NCBI GenBank assembly: GCA_963731375.1
Contig: CAVSUW010000008.1
Location: forward strand, 82,920-146,919
Source of the DNA: Bryobacterales bacterium
Lineage (GTDB): Bacteria; Acidobacteriota; Terriglobia; Bryobacterales; Bryobacteraceae
Reading direction: 5' to 3'
Length of the DNA stretch: 64,000 bases
In this document: piece after piece, positions 21,283 through 34,066 of the stretch
How the letters are laid out: each line of letters starts with the position of its first letter
How positions within the stretch are numbered: the first letter of the stretch is position 1
The notes under the pieces: generated by a model
Told to the model about the DNA's origin: nothing
Seen by the model: the letters and a program-made list of their open reading frames with translations, nothing else
Databases searched by the model: none
Position numbers and translations under genes: made by a program

Positions 21283-22670
21283 CTACCATGGCTGATCACT
21301 CCCGGCGGCCACGAAAGGCGCGCGCCCGATAAGCCCCATCGCATCTTCCATCGCGGCCGCAGCGTGCAGCAGAAGGTCTTCTTGCCTGGCGGCGGCGATG
21401 ATTTGCAGACCGATGGGCAGCCCGCTCCGGCTGAAGCCGCACGGAATCGATATCGCCGGCAAGCCCAGTGCGTTCATGCCGCGCGTGAACCGCGTAGCGG
21501 CGGCGCGGACTTCTTCGGCCACTCCGCGAATTTCCAAGGTCGTTTGCCCGATCTTCGGCGCGGTGCATCGGCGTAGTGGGAGTGAAGATGCAGTCCACCT
21601 GCTTCAAACAGTTTGGCGAACTGGCGGCCGATGCGGCGGCGCGTGCGCTGCGCTTCGATATAGTCGATGGCGGGAATGGCTTTGCCCTGATCGAGCATCG
21701 CCAGCACGTCGGCGCCGAAGTCCGCGCGGCGATCGAGAAATGGCCGGAGCGCCGAGGCGGCTTCGACCAGCAGACACGTCGCCGCCGCGGAGCGCAGCGC
21801 TTCCATGTCCGGGACTTTGATTTCGACCACGCGTCCGCCGACGCCGGCAGCGGTATCGAACGCGGCGCGAACCGAAGCCTCCACTTCGGGATCCACATGC
21901 TCCATGAAAAAGTTCTCGGGCAAGCCAATGCGGAGTCCGGTCAGATCCGAATCTGCCGGCGGGACGTAATCGGTGGGATCGTCGACCATCGCCTGAAACG
22001 CGATCGCCGCGTCGCGGACCGTGCGCGTGAGCGGCCCCACATGATCCTGCGAAAAACCGAGCGGCAGCACGCCACTGACGTTGACTCGCCCAAAGGTCGG
22101 CTTCAGACCCACCACGCCGCAGAACGACAGCCGGTACGCGAATCGATCCGCCGGTATCGGTGCCGGTCGCAAACGGCACCATCCCCGCCGCCACCGCCGC
22201 AGCCGATCCGCCGCTCGACCCGCCGGGAATGCGCGTGAGATCCCACGGATTGTGGATCGCGCCGAAGTGCGGGTTATTGGACGTGATCCCGTACGCCAGT
22301 TCGTGCAGTCCGGTCTTGCCTACGAGACACCGCGCCGGCTTCGCGCAGCTTGGTGACGATGGCGGCATCGCGCTGCGGAACATAGTCCGCGAAGATCTTC
22401 GACCCGGCCGTCGTGCGGACGCCTTTGGTCCGCATCAGATCTTTGTGAGCGATGGGAATGCCATGCAGCGGACCGCGATCGATGCCGCTGGCCAGTTCCT
22501 CGTCGCGCTGCCGCCGCCTCGGCCAGCGCCGCCTCGCCGGTCACCGTGATGAAGGCGTTTAGTTTCGAATCCAGCCGCTCGATTTCGCGCAGCGACTGCG
22601 TCACCAACTCCCGCGACGACACCTTGCGCGCCCGCAGCGCCGCGGCCAGACCTTGAAGATCGTCCATCAC
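21283..22670 (-). CDS. amidase (amidase-signature family), frame-disrupted
   Basis: [66 protein letters not shown]. Spread over 22320-22670, 21604-22383, 21474-22172 and 21283-21537. About 5 frame switches. Confidence 0.85.
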
Positions 22671-22730
22671 TTGAGTGTAAATCCAGGTCAGTGTAAAGCC
22701 CGGCCGCTACGCAGCCGGTTAAACTGAGGT

Positions 22731-23873
22731 ATGCAGCCCCTCACCCGCCTCAGCGACGAAGAGGAGCTGTTCCAAACCACAGTCGGGCAGTTTGCGCGCG
22801 AGCGCCTGGCGCCGCACGTGCGCCAGATGGACGAATCGGGCGTGTTCCGCAAAGAATTGCTGGATGAGCTGTTCGAGCTCGGGCTGATGGCCGTCGATAT
22901 CGCCGAAGAATACGGCGGGCAGGGCGGCAGTTTCTTCCAATCGATTCTCGCGATCGAAGAGCTGGCAAAAGTGGACCCGGCGGCCGCCGTGATCGTCGAC
23001 GTCCAAAACACTTTATGCAACGCGGCGCTGCAGCGCTGGGGGAGCGACGACCAGAAGCGCCGCTTTCTGCCGCGTCTCGCGCGCGACACGGTCGGTTCCT
23101 ATGCGCTCTCCGAAGCCGGCGCGGGCTCGGACGCCTTTGCGATGTCGGCGCGCGCCATCGAAGACGGCGACAGCTACCGGCTCACCGGCCGCAAGCTCTG
23201 GATCACCAACGCAGCCGAAGCGGGCTTGTTCCTGGTCTTCGCCAACGCCGATCCCGCCGAAGGCTATCGCGGCATCACGGCCTTTCTGGTCGAGCGCGCG
23301 ACGCCCGGCCTGGCCGTCGGCAAGAAGGAAGACAAGCTGGGCATCCGCGCGTCGTCAACTTGTGAAGTGGTTCTCGACGACTGCCGCGTTTCGAAAGACA
23401 ACGTGCTGGGCGAAGTCGGCAAGGGCTACAAGGTGGCGATCGAGACGCTGAACCAGGGGCGCATCGGCATCGCCGCGCAGATGACCGGCCTCGCGCAAGG
23501 CGCGCTCGATCACGCGCTCGCGTATTCCAACCAGCGCAAGCAGTTCGGCAAACGCATCGCCGAGTTTCAGGGCGTGCAATTCGACCTGGCCGAGATGGCG
23601 GTGGACGTCGAAGCCTCGCGGCTGATGACGTATAACGCCGCGCGCCTGCGCGATGCCGGCCTGCCGTTTGTCACCGAAGCCGCCATGGCCAAGTACTTCG
23701 CGTCGCAGGTGGCCGAGCGCGTGGCCTCGCGGGCCGTCGAAGTCTTCGGCGGCGTGGGATTCACCAAGGATTATCCGGTCGAAAAGCTGTACCGCGATGC
23801 CAAAATCGGCCGTATCTACGAGGGCACCAGCAACATGCAGCGGCTGACCATCGCGAAGGGAATTTTGGGGTGA
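22731..23873 (+). CDS. acyl-CoA dehydrogenase (short/branched-chain type)
   Basis: Intact 380 aa. GSYALSEAGAGSDAF, WITNA, ERVASRAVEVFGGVGFTKDYPVEKLYRDAKIGRIYEGTSNMQ. Confidence 0.95.
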   Translation: MQPLTRLSDEEELFQTTVGQFARERLAPHVRQMDESGVFRKELLDELFELGLMAVDIAEEYGGQGGSFFQSILAIEELAKVDPAAAVIVDVQNTLCNAALQRWGSDDQKRRFLPRLARDTVGSYALSEAGAGSDAFAMSARAIEDGDSYRLTGRKLWITNAAEAGLFLVFANADPAEGYRGITAFLVERATPGLAVGKKEDKLGIRASSTCEVVLDDCRVSKDNVLGEVGKGYKVAIETLNQGRIGIAAQMTGLAQGALDHALAYSNQRKQFGKRIAEFQGVQFDLAEMAVDVEASRLMTYNAARLRDAGLPFVTEAAMAKYFASQVAERVASRAVEVFGGVGFTKDYPVEKLYRDAKIGRIYEGTSNMQRLTIAKGILG

Positions 23874-23913
23874 GGACCCCGCACCCCGGAAACCTCCGCC
23901 CCAGCCGCGTCGT

Positions 23914-23947
23914 CAGGATTATAGTGAAGACAGGACTATAGTGAAGG
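23914..23947 (+). repeat. tandem direct repeat (2 x 17 nt) carrying duplicated TATAGT boxes
   Basis: caggatTATAGTgaaga followed directly by caggacTATAGTgaagg. It sits just upstream of, and overlaps the RBS of, the ATG at 23953. Confidence 0.6.
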
Positions 23948-23952
23948 TAGCT

Positions 23953-24762
23953 ATGCGCACAGCAATTGGAATTTCCGGCTCGATCCTGATGTTGGCCGCC
24001 GCCGCGCTGGCCGCCGACAACAAGTACGATCTTTCGCAGGCGCAGATCGACGACATCATTCAAAAGTTCGCGGCCAAGGAGGCCCAGTTCTCCAAAGCGC
24101 GCGAAGTCTACACCTATCGCCAGACCGCGCGCATCCAGGAACTCGACGACAGCGGCGCCATCACCGGCCGCTGGGAAACCGTCTCCGACATCATATTCAG
24201 CCCCGAGGGTAAACGCACGGAACACGTGGTCCGCTCGCCGGTGCCCACGCTGCAGAACATCACGCTGACCCCGGAAGATCTGGAGGACATGCGCAGCGTC
24301 CAGCCCTTCGTCTTAACAACCCCGGACTTGCCTAAGTACCTGATCCGCTACCTGGGCCACCAGAATGTGGACGAGATCGGCTGCTACGTTTTCGCCGTGA
24401 AGCCCGTCAAAATCGAGGGCACCCAGCGCTACTTTTCGGGCGAAGTGTGGGTGGACGATCGGGATTTGCAGATCGTCAAGAGCTACGGGCGCGGCGTGGG
24501 CAACGCCAGCCGCAAGGGCGATAACCAGTTCCCCAAGTTTGAAACCTATCGCGAACAGATCGACGGGAAATACTGGTTCCCCACCTACACCGTCGCGAAT
24601 GACACGCTGCATTTCAAGAGCGGCGACCAGCGCATCCGCCAGACCATCCGCTACGAAGATTACAAGCAGTTTGGCGCGGAAACCAAGATCACCTTCGGCG
24701 ACGAAGCTAAAGGACGACCCCAAACCCGCTCCGCCCGCGCCTCCGAGCCCGGCGCCTCCTAA
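23953..24762 (+). CDS. secreted LolA-like / outer-membrane lipoprotein-sorting family protein (hypothetical)
   Basis: Signal peptide MRTAIGISGSILMLAAAALAA. GCYVFAVKPVKIEGTQRYFSGEVWVDDRDLQIVK, GKYWFPTYTV. ATG at 23953 (RBS GAAGG) preferred over the ORF-track GTG at 23941. Confidence 0.5.
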   Translation: MRTAIGISGSILMLAAAALAADNKYDLSQAQIDDIIQKFAAKEAQFSKAREVYTYRQTARIQELDDSGAITGRWETVSDIIFSPEGKRTEHVVRSPVPTLQNITLTPEDLEDMRSVQPFVLTTPDLPKYLIRYLGHQNVDEIGCYVFAVKPVKIEGTQRYFSGEVWVDDRDLQIVKSYGRGVGNASRKGDNQFPKFETYREQIDGKYWFPTYTVANDTLHFKSGDQRIRQTIRYEDYKQFGAETKITFGDEAKGRPQTRSARASEPGAS

Positions 24763-24894
24763 AAAGCCGTAGCGCCAGACCTCAGACGAAGCCCTCAGAC
24801 GAACACCCTAATCCCCGAGCCCAACTCAACCGATGGACTAAGGGCATGGGGACAGTTTCGATCACGCGACACCGAACGCACCGAAATCGACCGC

Positions 24895-25985
24895 TTGAAG
24901 GGCACTTTCCTCGCGAACCTAAACCACGAAGTCCGCACGCCCCTCAGCGGCATCCTGGGCATGACGGATCTGCTGCTCGAAACCCAGCTCGACGAGGAAC
25001 AGCGCGACTATGTCTCCACCGTCCGCCTGTGCGCCGAGAATCTGTTTCACCTGCTGAACGCCACCCTGGAATATTCCGCTCTCACCGCCGGCCATCTGAA
25101 GCTCGACGAAACCGAATTCGTGCTTGTCGGAGATGGTGGATTCGGCGCTCTCCATGGAGCGTGAGAAGGCTCGAGGCCAAGGGGCTGAAACTGACCGCGA
25201 CACTCGACGCCGCGCTGCCGCAGACGATCATCGGCGATGCCGCCCGCATCCAGGATCTACTTGGCCATCTATTAGATAACGCCATAAAGTTCACCCATCA
25301 CGGGAGCGTCGATCTCAAGCTTGTCGCGCGAAGGCCAGATCTTGAAGATCGAGGTGCGCGACACCGGCATCGGCATCGCACCCGGACCGGCAGGCCCGCA
25401 TCTTCGAGTCCTTCCATCAGGTCGACAGCGGCTTGTCGCGAAACTATCCTGGACTGGGCTTGGGCCTGGCGCTGGTTCAAAAGTTACTCGCCCTGATGGG
25501 TGGCGAGATCACAGCGGAAAGTGAGCCGGACAAGGGCTCTACTTTCACGGTGCGTCTTCCGCATCCGGCTGCCGCGCCGCCGCGCGCGAGAAAACCGCTC
25601 GCGCATCCAACGGCGCTCCGGCGATTCTGGCGGTTGAAGACAATCCGGTGGGCTTAAGGGTGCTGCGCCACTCGCTCAAAGGTCGCCCGTAGACGTGGAC
25701 ACCGCCACCGATGGCGCCGAAGCGGTCCGGGCCGCAGCCGCGCGGCACTACGATCTGATTCTGATGGACCTGCAGATGCCCCAGATGGACGGATTGGAAG
25801 CCACCGCTGCCGTTCGCCAGCTTCCCGGCTACGAGAACGTTCCCATCCTTGCTCTTACCGCCAACTACTCTGACGAAATCCGCCAGCAGTGCCAGCAGCA
25901 CGGCATGCAGGACTTCCTTTCCAAACCCGTCACGCCGCCTGCGCTGTGGAGCGCGGTTTCGCGCTGGCTGAACCTGCCCGAGTAG
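24895..25985 (+). CDS. hybrid histidine kinase (HisKA-HATPase-REC) without recognisable sensor domain, frame-disrupted
   Basis: H-box [20 protein letters not shown]-box [10 protein letters not shown]-boxes [17 protein letters not shown]. Receiver: ILAVEDNPV..., [18 protein letters not shown]. About 4 frame switches. Confidence 0.8.
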
Positions 25986-26047
25986 ACGTCGTCGCTGCCG
26001 TTCAGTGGTGGCGAAATGCACGCGCGGCAACTTACAATAGTCCCTAC

Positions 26048-27213
26048 ATGTCACCTCGTCGAATTGCGATCCTCACCGGGGGCGGTGATGTTCCCGGTCT
26101 CAACTCAGTCATCAAAAGCGTGGTTTACCGCGGCGCGGAGAACGGTATTGAAGTCACCGGCATCCGGCGCGGCTGGGAGGGATTGACGCACGTCAACCTG
26201 AACGATGCCGATAGCCGCAAGCGCTATATTCTTCCGCTCGACCGCGATAATACCCGCACCATCGACCGCGACGGCGGCACCATGCTGCACACCAGCCGCA
26301 CCAATCCGTCGAAGATGAAAAAGCTGCCGGATTTCCTGACCGGCGACAGCTTTCCGCAGCAACGACGGCCGCTAGGATATGAGCGCGCAGGTATTGGCGA
26401 ACCTGGAGAGCCTCGGCATCGACGCGCTTGATCGCCATCGGCGGCGACGACACGCTCAGCTTCGCGCACCGCTTGAATCAGCTCGGCATGAAGGTGATCG
26501 CCGTGCCGAAGACCATGGACAACGATGTCCATGGCACCGAATATTGCGTGGGCTTTTCCACCGCCATCACGCGCGCGTCCGACGCCATCGACCGCCAGCT
26601 CACCACCGTCGGCTCGCACGAGCGCATCGGCATCTTCCGCGTATTCGGCCGCGACGCCGGCTACACCGCGCTCTACACCGCGTGGGTCACTTCCATCCGC
26701 TGCGTGATTCCGGAATACAAAGTGAATCTCGAAAAGCTGATCGATCTGCTGATGACCGACAAGCGCCGCAATCCCAGCAATTATGCGCTGGTGATCCTCT
26801 CCGAGGGTGCGCAGTGGGAAGGCTACAAGGTGCAGGAATACGGCGAGCCCGACGCCTACGGCCATCGCAAGAAGGCCAGCATCGCGGAGACTCTCAGCAC
26901 TGAGATCCAGCAGCGCACCAAGCGAAGAGACCGTGGTCAGCGATCTGACCTACGACCTGCGCGGCCGGCGCGCCCGATTTCATGGACAAACTGATCGCCT
27001 CCACGTTCGGCACCATGGCTTACGAGGCTACGCTATGCGGGTCAGAGCGGCTTGATGGCCGCCATTCACGAGGGATGCTACGCCATGGTCCCGCTGCCCG
27101 ATCCGAAGCTCGGCCCCCGGCGCCTGGATGTGGCGACCATGTATAACACCAACCGCTACCGGCCCAACTATTCGGGCAAACTCGGCCTGCCGGTCTTTCT
27201 CACGCGGGCGTAA
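26048..27213 (+). CDS. pfk: 6-phosphofructokinase, frame-disrupted
   Basis: RIAILTGGGDVPGLN, IAIGGDDTLS, VPKTMDNDV, RVFGRDAGY. Fragments 25889-26431 and 26428-26994 plus tail frames to the TAA at 27211. Confidence 0.9.
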
Positions 27214-27229
27214 ACGCAGGAGGCACGCC

Positions 27230-28009
27230 GTGCCGTATTCTCATCTCACCCTCGCGTTCGAGGGCGCGACCGCTATCGTCACGCTGAATCGGCCCGCGCA
27301 GCGCAATGCGTTGTCGCTCGCCTTGATGCGTGAAGTGATCGAGTGCCTCGGCGAGCTGGAGCGTAACCGCGAAGCCCGCGTCGATCATTCTCGCCGCCGC
27401 CGGACCGGCATTCTGCGCCGGGCACGACCTGCGCGAAATGACCGGCCTCGGCGCGGATGCGTATCGCGAAATCTTCGCGGTGTGCACCGAGATGATGACC
27501 AAGATTCAGTCGGTCCCGCAGCCGGTGATCGCGGAAGTGCAAGGCATGGCGACCGCGGCGGGCTGCCAGTTGGTGGCCACCTGCGATCTCGCGATTGCCT
27601 CCGAAGCGCGCCACCTTCGCCACGCCGGGCGTCCGCATCGGATTGTTTTGCTCGACACCCATGGTGGCCGTCAGCCGCGCGCTGGGACGCAAGCGCGCCC
27701 TGGAAATGCTGCTGACCGGAGACGCCATCGACGCCTGTACCGCAGCGGACTGGGGCTTAGTGAACCGCGTAGTCCCGCGAAGCGGAGTTGCGGGCGGCCA
27801 CACTGGCGCTCGCCGAGCGCATCGGCCACGCCAGCGCCTTCACCATCAAAATCGGCAAGCAGGCGTTCTACCGCCAGGCCGATTTGCCGCAAGCCGAGGC
27901 CTACGCTTTCACGCAAGAGGTGATGACCGAGAATGCGCTGGCGGCGGACGCGCAGGAAGGCATCTGCGCTTTTCTCGAAAAGCGGCCGCCACACTGGCAG
28001 GGGCGCTAG
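27230..28009 (+). CDS. enoyl-CoA hydratase/isomerase (crotonase) family protein, frame-disrupted
   Basis: [60 protein letters not shown]. Four fragments. Confidence 0.85.
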
Positions 28010-29635
28010 GCAGTCTTACTCTGCGCGATTTTTTCCAGACCCTGCTCCTGGATCTCGATCTCGCGCATGCGGAACTTCTGAATTTTTCCGCTCAGCGTCG
28101 TCGGGAACGAATCGACAAACCGGATCGACTCCGGAATCTTGAACTTCGCAATTTGCCCGCAGCAGAACTCGCGGATCTCCTCGGCGGTCGCCGTTTCGCC
28201 GGGCTTCAGGCGGATCCACGCCAGCACCACTTCACCGAGGCACTCGTGGGGCAGCCCAGTGATCTGCACCTCGGCGATCTTGGCGTGCGTGTACAGGAAC
28301 TCCTCGATCTCGCGCGGATAGATGTTCTCACCGCCGCGAATGATCATGTCCTTGGCGCGGCCGGTGATGTTCAGATAGCCGTCCTCGCGCATCACGCCCA
28401 GGTCGCCGGTGCGGAACCAGCCATCGCGATCCACCACCCGCGCGGTCGCGTCCGGGTCGCCGTCGTAGCCTTGCATCAGCATGTAGCCGCGCGCGCAGAT
28501 TTCACCCTGCATGCCCCGCTCCAGCGTTTCGCGGCTCTCCAAGTCCACCACTTTGAGCTCCGTGCAAGGCATCGCTTTCCCGACGGTAGAGACGCGGTGG
28601 TCGAGGTCGTCGTCCACTTCCGACATCGTGACCAGCGGCGCAGTCTCCGTCAGCCCGTAGCCGATGATCATCTCCGAGCAGTGCATATCCGCGATCACCT
28701 GCTTCATCACTTCGATGGGACAAGGCGCGCCCGCCATCACGCCCGTGCGCAGGCTGGTGAGATCGAAGCGCGAAAACTCCGGATGGCGCAGCTCCGCGAT
28801 AAACATCGTCGGCACACCGTAAATCGCCGTCGCCCGCTCTGCTTCGACGGCTGCCAGCACCGCCTTCGGGTCGAAAGTGTCATTCGGCAGAATCAGCGCG
28901 CACCCGCTCGCGAGCGCCGACATGGTGCCGATCACGTTGCCGAAGCAGTGCGCGAAGGGCACCGCCAGGCAGATGCGATCGCGTTCGGTATAACGCAGCA
29001 CGCGCGCGCTCAGGAATCCGTTGTTGAGGATATTGCGATGGGTCAGCAGCACGCCTTTGGGAGAACCCGTGGTGCCGGAAGTGTACTGAATGTTGGTGAC
29101 GTCGTCGATATCGATACGCGCCGCCGTCGCTCGAGGCTCTTCGGCCAGCAAGCCCTCCCAGCCAGGAGTATCGAAATAAACCGCGTTGCGCAGCGCGAAA
29201 TCATCGCCGTCGTTGACTCGTCGAGCACTTCATCCAGCACCGCGGCATAATTCGCCTTTGCGTCGCGCTCCCGCAGAAACAAAACCTTCATGCGGGACTT
29301 CGCAGGATGAAAGCCAGCTCATGAGCGCGGCACGAAGGATTGACGTTCACCAGAATCGCGCCGGCGCGCGCACACGCCATGTGCACCACCAGCCACTCCC
29401 AGCAGTTCATGGCCCACACGCCGACGCGGTCCGTAGGTTCGACGCCGAGTTTCGCCAGCCCGTGCGCCACGCGATCCGCCGCATCCAGCAATTGCGACCA
29501 GGTGAGCCGCTTCCGCTGGTGACACGACACCACCGCCAGTTCATCCGGCCAGCGCTTGGCGTTGATCTCCAGTTGCTCGCCGATGGTGCGGTCGAGCAGC
29601 GGGATCTCCGGTCCTTTTGAGTAGCTGAGCAGCGT
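28006..29635 (-). CDS. AMP-dependent acyl-CoA synthetase/ligase, frame-disrupted near the N-terminus
   Basis: [65 protein letters not shown]-terminal part in 29043-29291 and 29288-29533. No canonical ATG after the GGAGG at ~29640 (ACG/CTG at 29635/29632), so the start is approximate. Confidence 0.85.
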
Positions 29636-29843
29636 GCGCCTCCGTGTAGATCAGAATGATTCTACACCGGCGGAGGTTCACAGGCTATACACTGAGCGCA
29701 TGCAGCGTCCGTTGGTCACAAGCGCGTCGATCCGAAAATCGCTTCGTGAAGCCGAAGAGGAACGGATGCGAGAAGCGTATCTCGCGCAGCCCGATTCCGA
29801 GGCCGACGCAGACGACTGGACGAACCCCGAGGAATGGAAGCCG

Positions 29844-30584
29844 CTACTTCCCGCTGCCAAATAACCTGGCGATGGGATCGAAGAACACGTCCACCACGCG
29901 TTCCTTCAGCGGAATAATGGCGTTGTCGGTGATCTTGATTTCTTCCGGACACACCTTGGTGCAGCACTTGGTGATGTTGCAGTAGCCGATGCCCAGGTCT
30001 TCCTTGAGAGCCTTGCGCCGGTCGCCCGCGTCGATCGGATTCATCTCCAGTTGCGCGGTGTAGATCAGGAACCGCGGACCGATGAACTCCTCGTGCAAGT
30101 CGTGATCGCGCAGCACGTGGCACACGTCCTGGCACAGGAAACACTCGATGCACTTGCGGAATTCCTGCGGCCGGTCGACGTCGGCCTGCTGCACGCGCCA
30201 CGATCCATCGGCGGCGTCCGGCTTGCGCGGCTTGAACTTCGGGATCTTCATCTTGACGCGGTAATTCCAGGAAACGTCCGTCACCAGATCCTTCACGTGC
30301 GGGAACGCCTTCATCGGCTCGACCGTCACCGGCTGCGTCAGATCCAGAGTGTTCAGGCGCGTCATGCACATCAGCCGCGGCTTGCCGTTGATTTCGGCCG
30401 AGCACGATCCGCACTTGCCGGCCTTGCAATTCCAGCGCACCGCGATATCGTTGGCCTGCTTTTGCTGAATGCTGTGCACGGCGTCGAGCACCACCATGCC
30501 GCTGGAGATTTCCGTGGTGTAATCGACGAACTTGCCGCCGCCGTTGTCGCCGCGCCAGATGCGAAAGGTCGCTTGATCGGCCAT
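29844..30584 (-). CDS. sdhB: succinate dehydrogenase/fumarate reductase iron-sulfur subunit
   Basis: Intact. CKAGKCGSCSAEING, CIECFLCQDVC, CTKCCTKVCP. Start is MADQATFRIW at 30584. Confidence 0.95.
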   Translation of the reverse strand: MADQATFRIWRGDNGGGKFVDYTTEISSGMVVLDAVHSIQQKQANDIAVRWNCKAGKCGSCSAEINGKPRLMCMTRLNTLDLTQPVTVEPMKAFPHVKDLVTDVSWNYRVKMKIPKFKPRKPDAADGSWRVQQADVDRPQEFRKCIECFLCQDVCHVLRDHDLHEEFIGPRFLIYTAQLEMNPIDAGDRRKALKEDLGIGYCNITKCCTKVCPEEIKITDNAIIPLKERVVDVFFDPIARLFGSGK

Positions 30585-30585
30585 G

Positions 30586-32403
<1,818 letters not shown>

Positions 32404-32405
32404 CG

Positions 32406-33202
32406 CTAAAGAATTCTCCAATCGTGCCAGACGCCCATCGCGCACAGGCGCACGTAAACATCCGCGAAGCCCACGAAGAACATGCTGACCCAGGCCCACT
32501 TCATGTGGCTGCGGTTCAGGCAGCTCACGCAATCGTAAGCCTTCTTGCGCACCGGCGATCCCGACAGAACGTCCTTGATTCCGCCCACCAGGTGACGGAA
32601 CGAGTGGCAGCCGAAGGTGTAGCCGCCCAGCAGAATCGGATTCAGGATCAGCACCAGCGATCCCACGCCGATGCCGAAATGTTTGACACCATCCGGCGCC
32701 CGTGAACCACAGCGACCGGTAGCCGTCAAACAGCAGGATGAACACGAAGATGATCGCGAAGTACAGGAAGTAGCGATGGACGTTTTGCAGAATCAGCGGA
32801 AACTTCTTTTCGCCGCGATAGGTCTTGCGCGGCTCCCCAACCGTGCAGGAGATCGGATCCACCCAGAACGCCTTGTAGTAAGCGCCGCGATAGTAGTAGC
32901 AGGTGAAGCGGAACAAACCCGGAAACGGCAGGATCAACATCGCCGCCGAGAACGGCAGAAACGCCGGCCACCAGGCAGGCGCCGAAGTGTAGCAGCAGCG
33001 GCGAGTACATCGGCGACAAATAGTCCGCGCCGCCGCACTGCGTCGTGCACAAATAATTGTTGCCCTGCAGCGCGGCCCACGTCGCGTAGACGATGAAGGC
33101 CATGTAGCCAAGAAACACCAGAATGGGTTCTACCCACCAATTGTCGGTACGGCGCGTGCTACCGAATCCCCCGTCTTTTAGGGGGACATCAATCGAAGAC
33201 AT
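32406..33202 (-). CDS. sdhC: succinate dehydrogenase cytochrome b subunit (single large membrane anchor), frame-disrupted
   Basis: MSSIDVPLKDGGFGSTRRTDNWWVEPILVFLGYMAFIVY, FRFTCYYYRGAYYKAFW, GGYTFGCHSFRHLVGG. Three fragments. No separate sdhD. Confidence 0.8.
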
Positions 33203-33514
33203 GTGAGTCGGACTCCTGCGGCTGGAAAAGGTGGGGCAAAATTCAAGGATAGCGCCGAGGATCACGTATATCAAGCACGGCAGCGGCCGAGGTCGAGCTA
33301 TCTGTCAGTCTGATCGGAGAGCCTGCGATCGCGACGGCATCTGGCTCGAACGCAGCGTAGATGCCCGCCTCCAATTTCGATCTCAATACTTGGTAGACCA
33401 TCCTTCGTTTCGTTCTTATAGACGGGCGGAGTGTCTTTGGGAAGACAGACCTTTTCTTTGACTCGTCTGGTGACCGGGCGACGGATCAGGCGCAAGAAAA
33501 AACGATCGAACGTA

Positions 33515-33799
33515 TTACCGATCGGTCGATCCACCTCCGCTAATTTCGATCCTGATTTCGTCGGTGACCCGGAAAACATAAGTGACCGAGAGCGCAATCG
33601 CTGACGCATAAGGAACTGCCCATTTTTCGAGATTGCTCCTCGCCGCAGGCTGCAAGCACGGTCGTGCCCCGACAAAAGTTTGAATGCCGTCAGAAGTCAC
33701 CACGAACTGAACTGTCCCTCCGATTCTGGCGGATCGAGCCAGCGCCGGATACTTGAATCCATCCAAGTTGGGTTGGACAGGTTCCTGCGCGCTCATCAT
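33515..33799 (-). CDS. small TonB C-terminal-domain-like protein (possibly continuing in frame 33298-33675)
   Basis: YPALARSARIGGTVQFVVTSDG matches the TonB_C core. No N-terminal anchor or Pro-rich spacer. Lies in a lower-GC stretch. Confidence 0.35.
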   Translation of the reverse strand: MMSAQEPVQPNLDGFKYPALARSARIGGTVQFVVTSDGIQTFVGARPCLQPAARSNLEKWAVPYASAIALSVTYVFRVTDEIRIEISGGGSTDR

Positions 33800-34066
33800 G
33801 AGCAGCCGCGCAAGACGCGAGCATGGACAATTTCAGCATCATCCGGTCAGCCCTCTGTTGATTATCGAACGTTTGGGCCAGTACCCGCGTCAGCGCCGCG
33901 TATCTCCATAGCCTGCAACAAGTTGCCTGCTGTCCCGTTCAATCCCGCTAAACCCCATCCAATGCCCCTAACGCCCTTCGCTTCAATAATCTAGCCCTCA
34001 CTTCCCGGCGCCCTATACTGAAACTTCTTTAATTCGCACTCACTCTAATTCCCTGGAGATCGCCCC

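Noticed and set aside
26531-26546. TGGCACcgaataTTGC, a sigma-54-like motif
   Set aside because: The spacing is N6 rather than N5, and it lies inside the pfk coding region (VHGTEYCVG). Most likely chance.
27595-29250. 551-aa plus-strand ORF overlapping the acyl-CoA synthetase
   Set aside because: Only its first ~60 residues belong to the real enoyl-CoA hydratase frame. The rest is antisense to a gene with unmistakable AMP-binding motifs, so it is a GC-driven shadow ORF.
29700-29864. 54-aa acidic ORF (MQRPLVTSAS...EEWKPLLPAAK) between the acyl-CoA synthetase and sdhB
   Set aside because: It has no RBS or recognisable motif, and its end overlaps the sdhB stop region. Possibly real, but unsupported.
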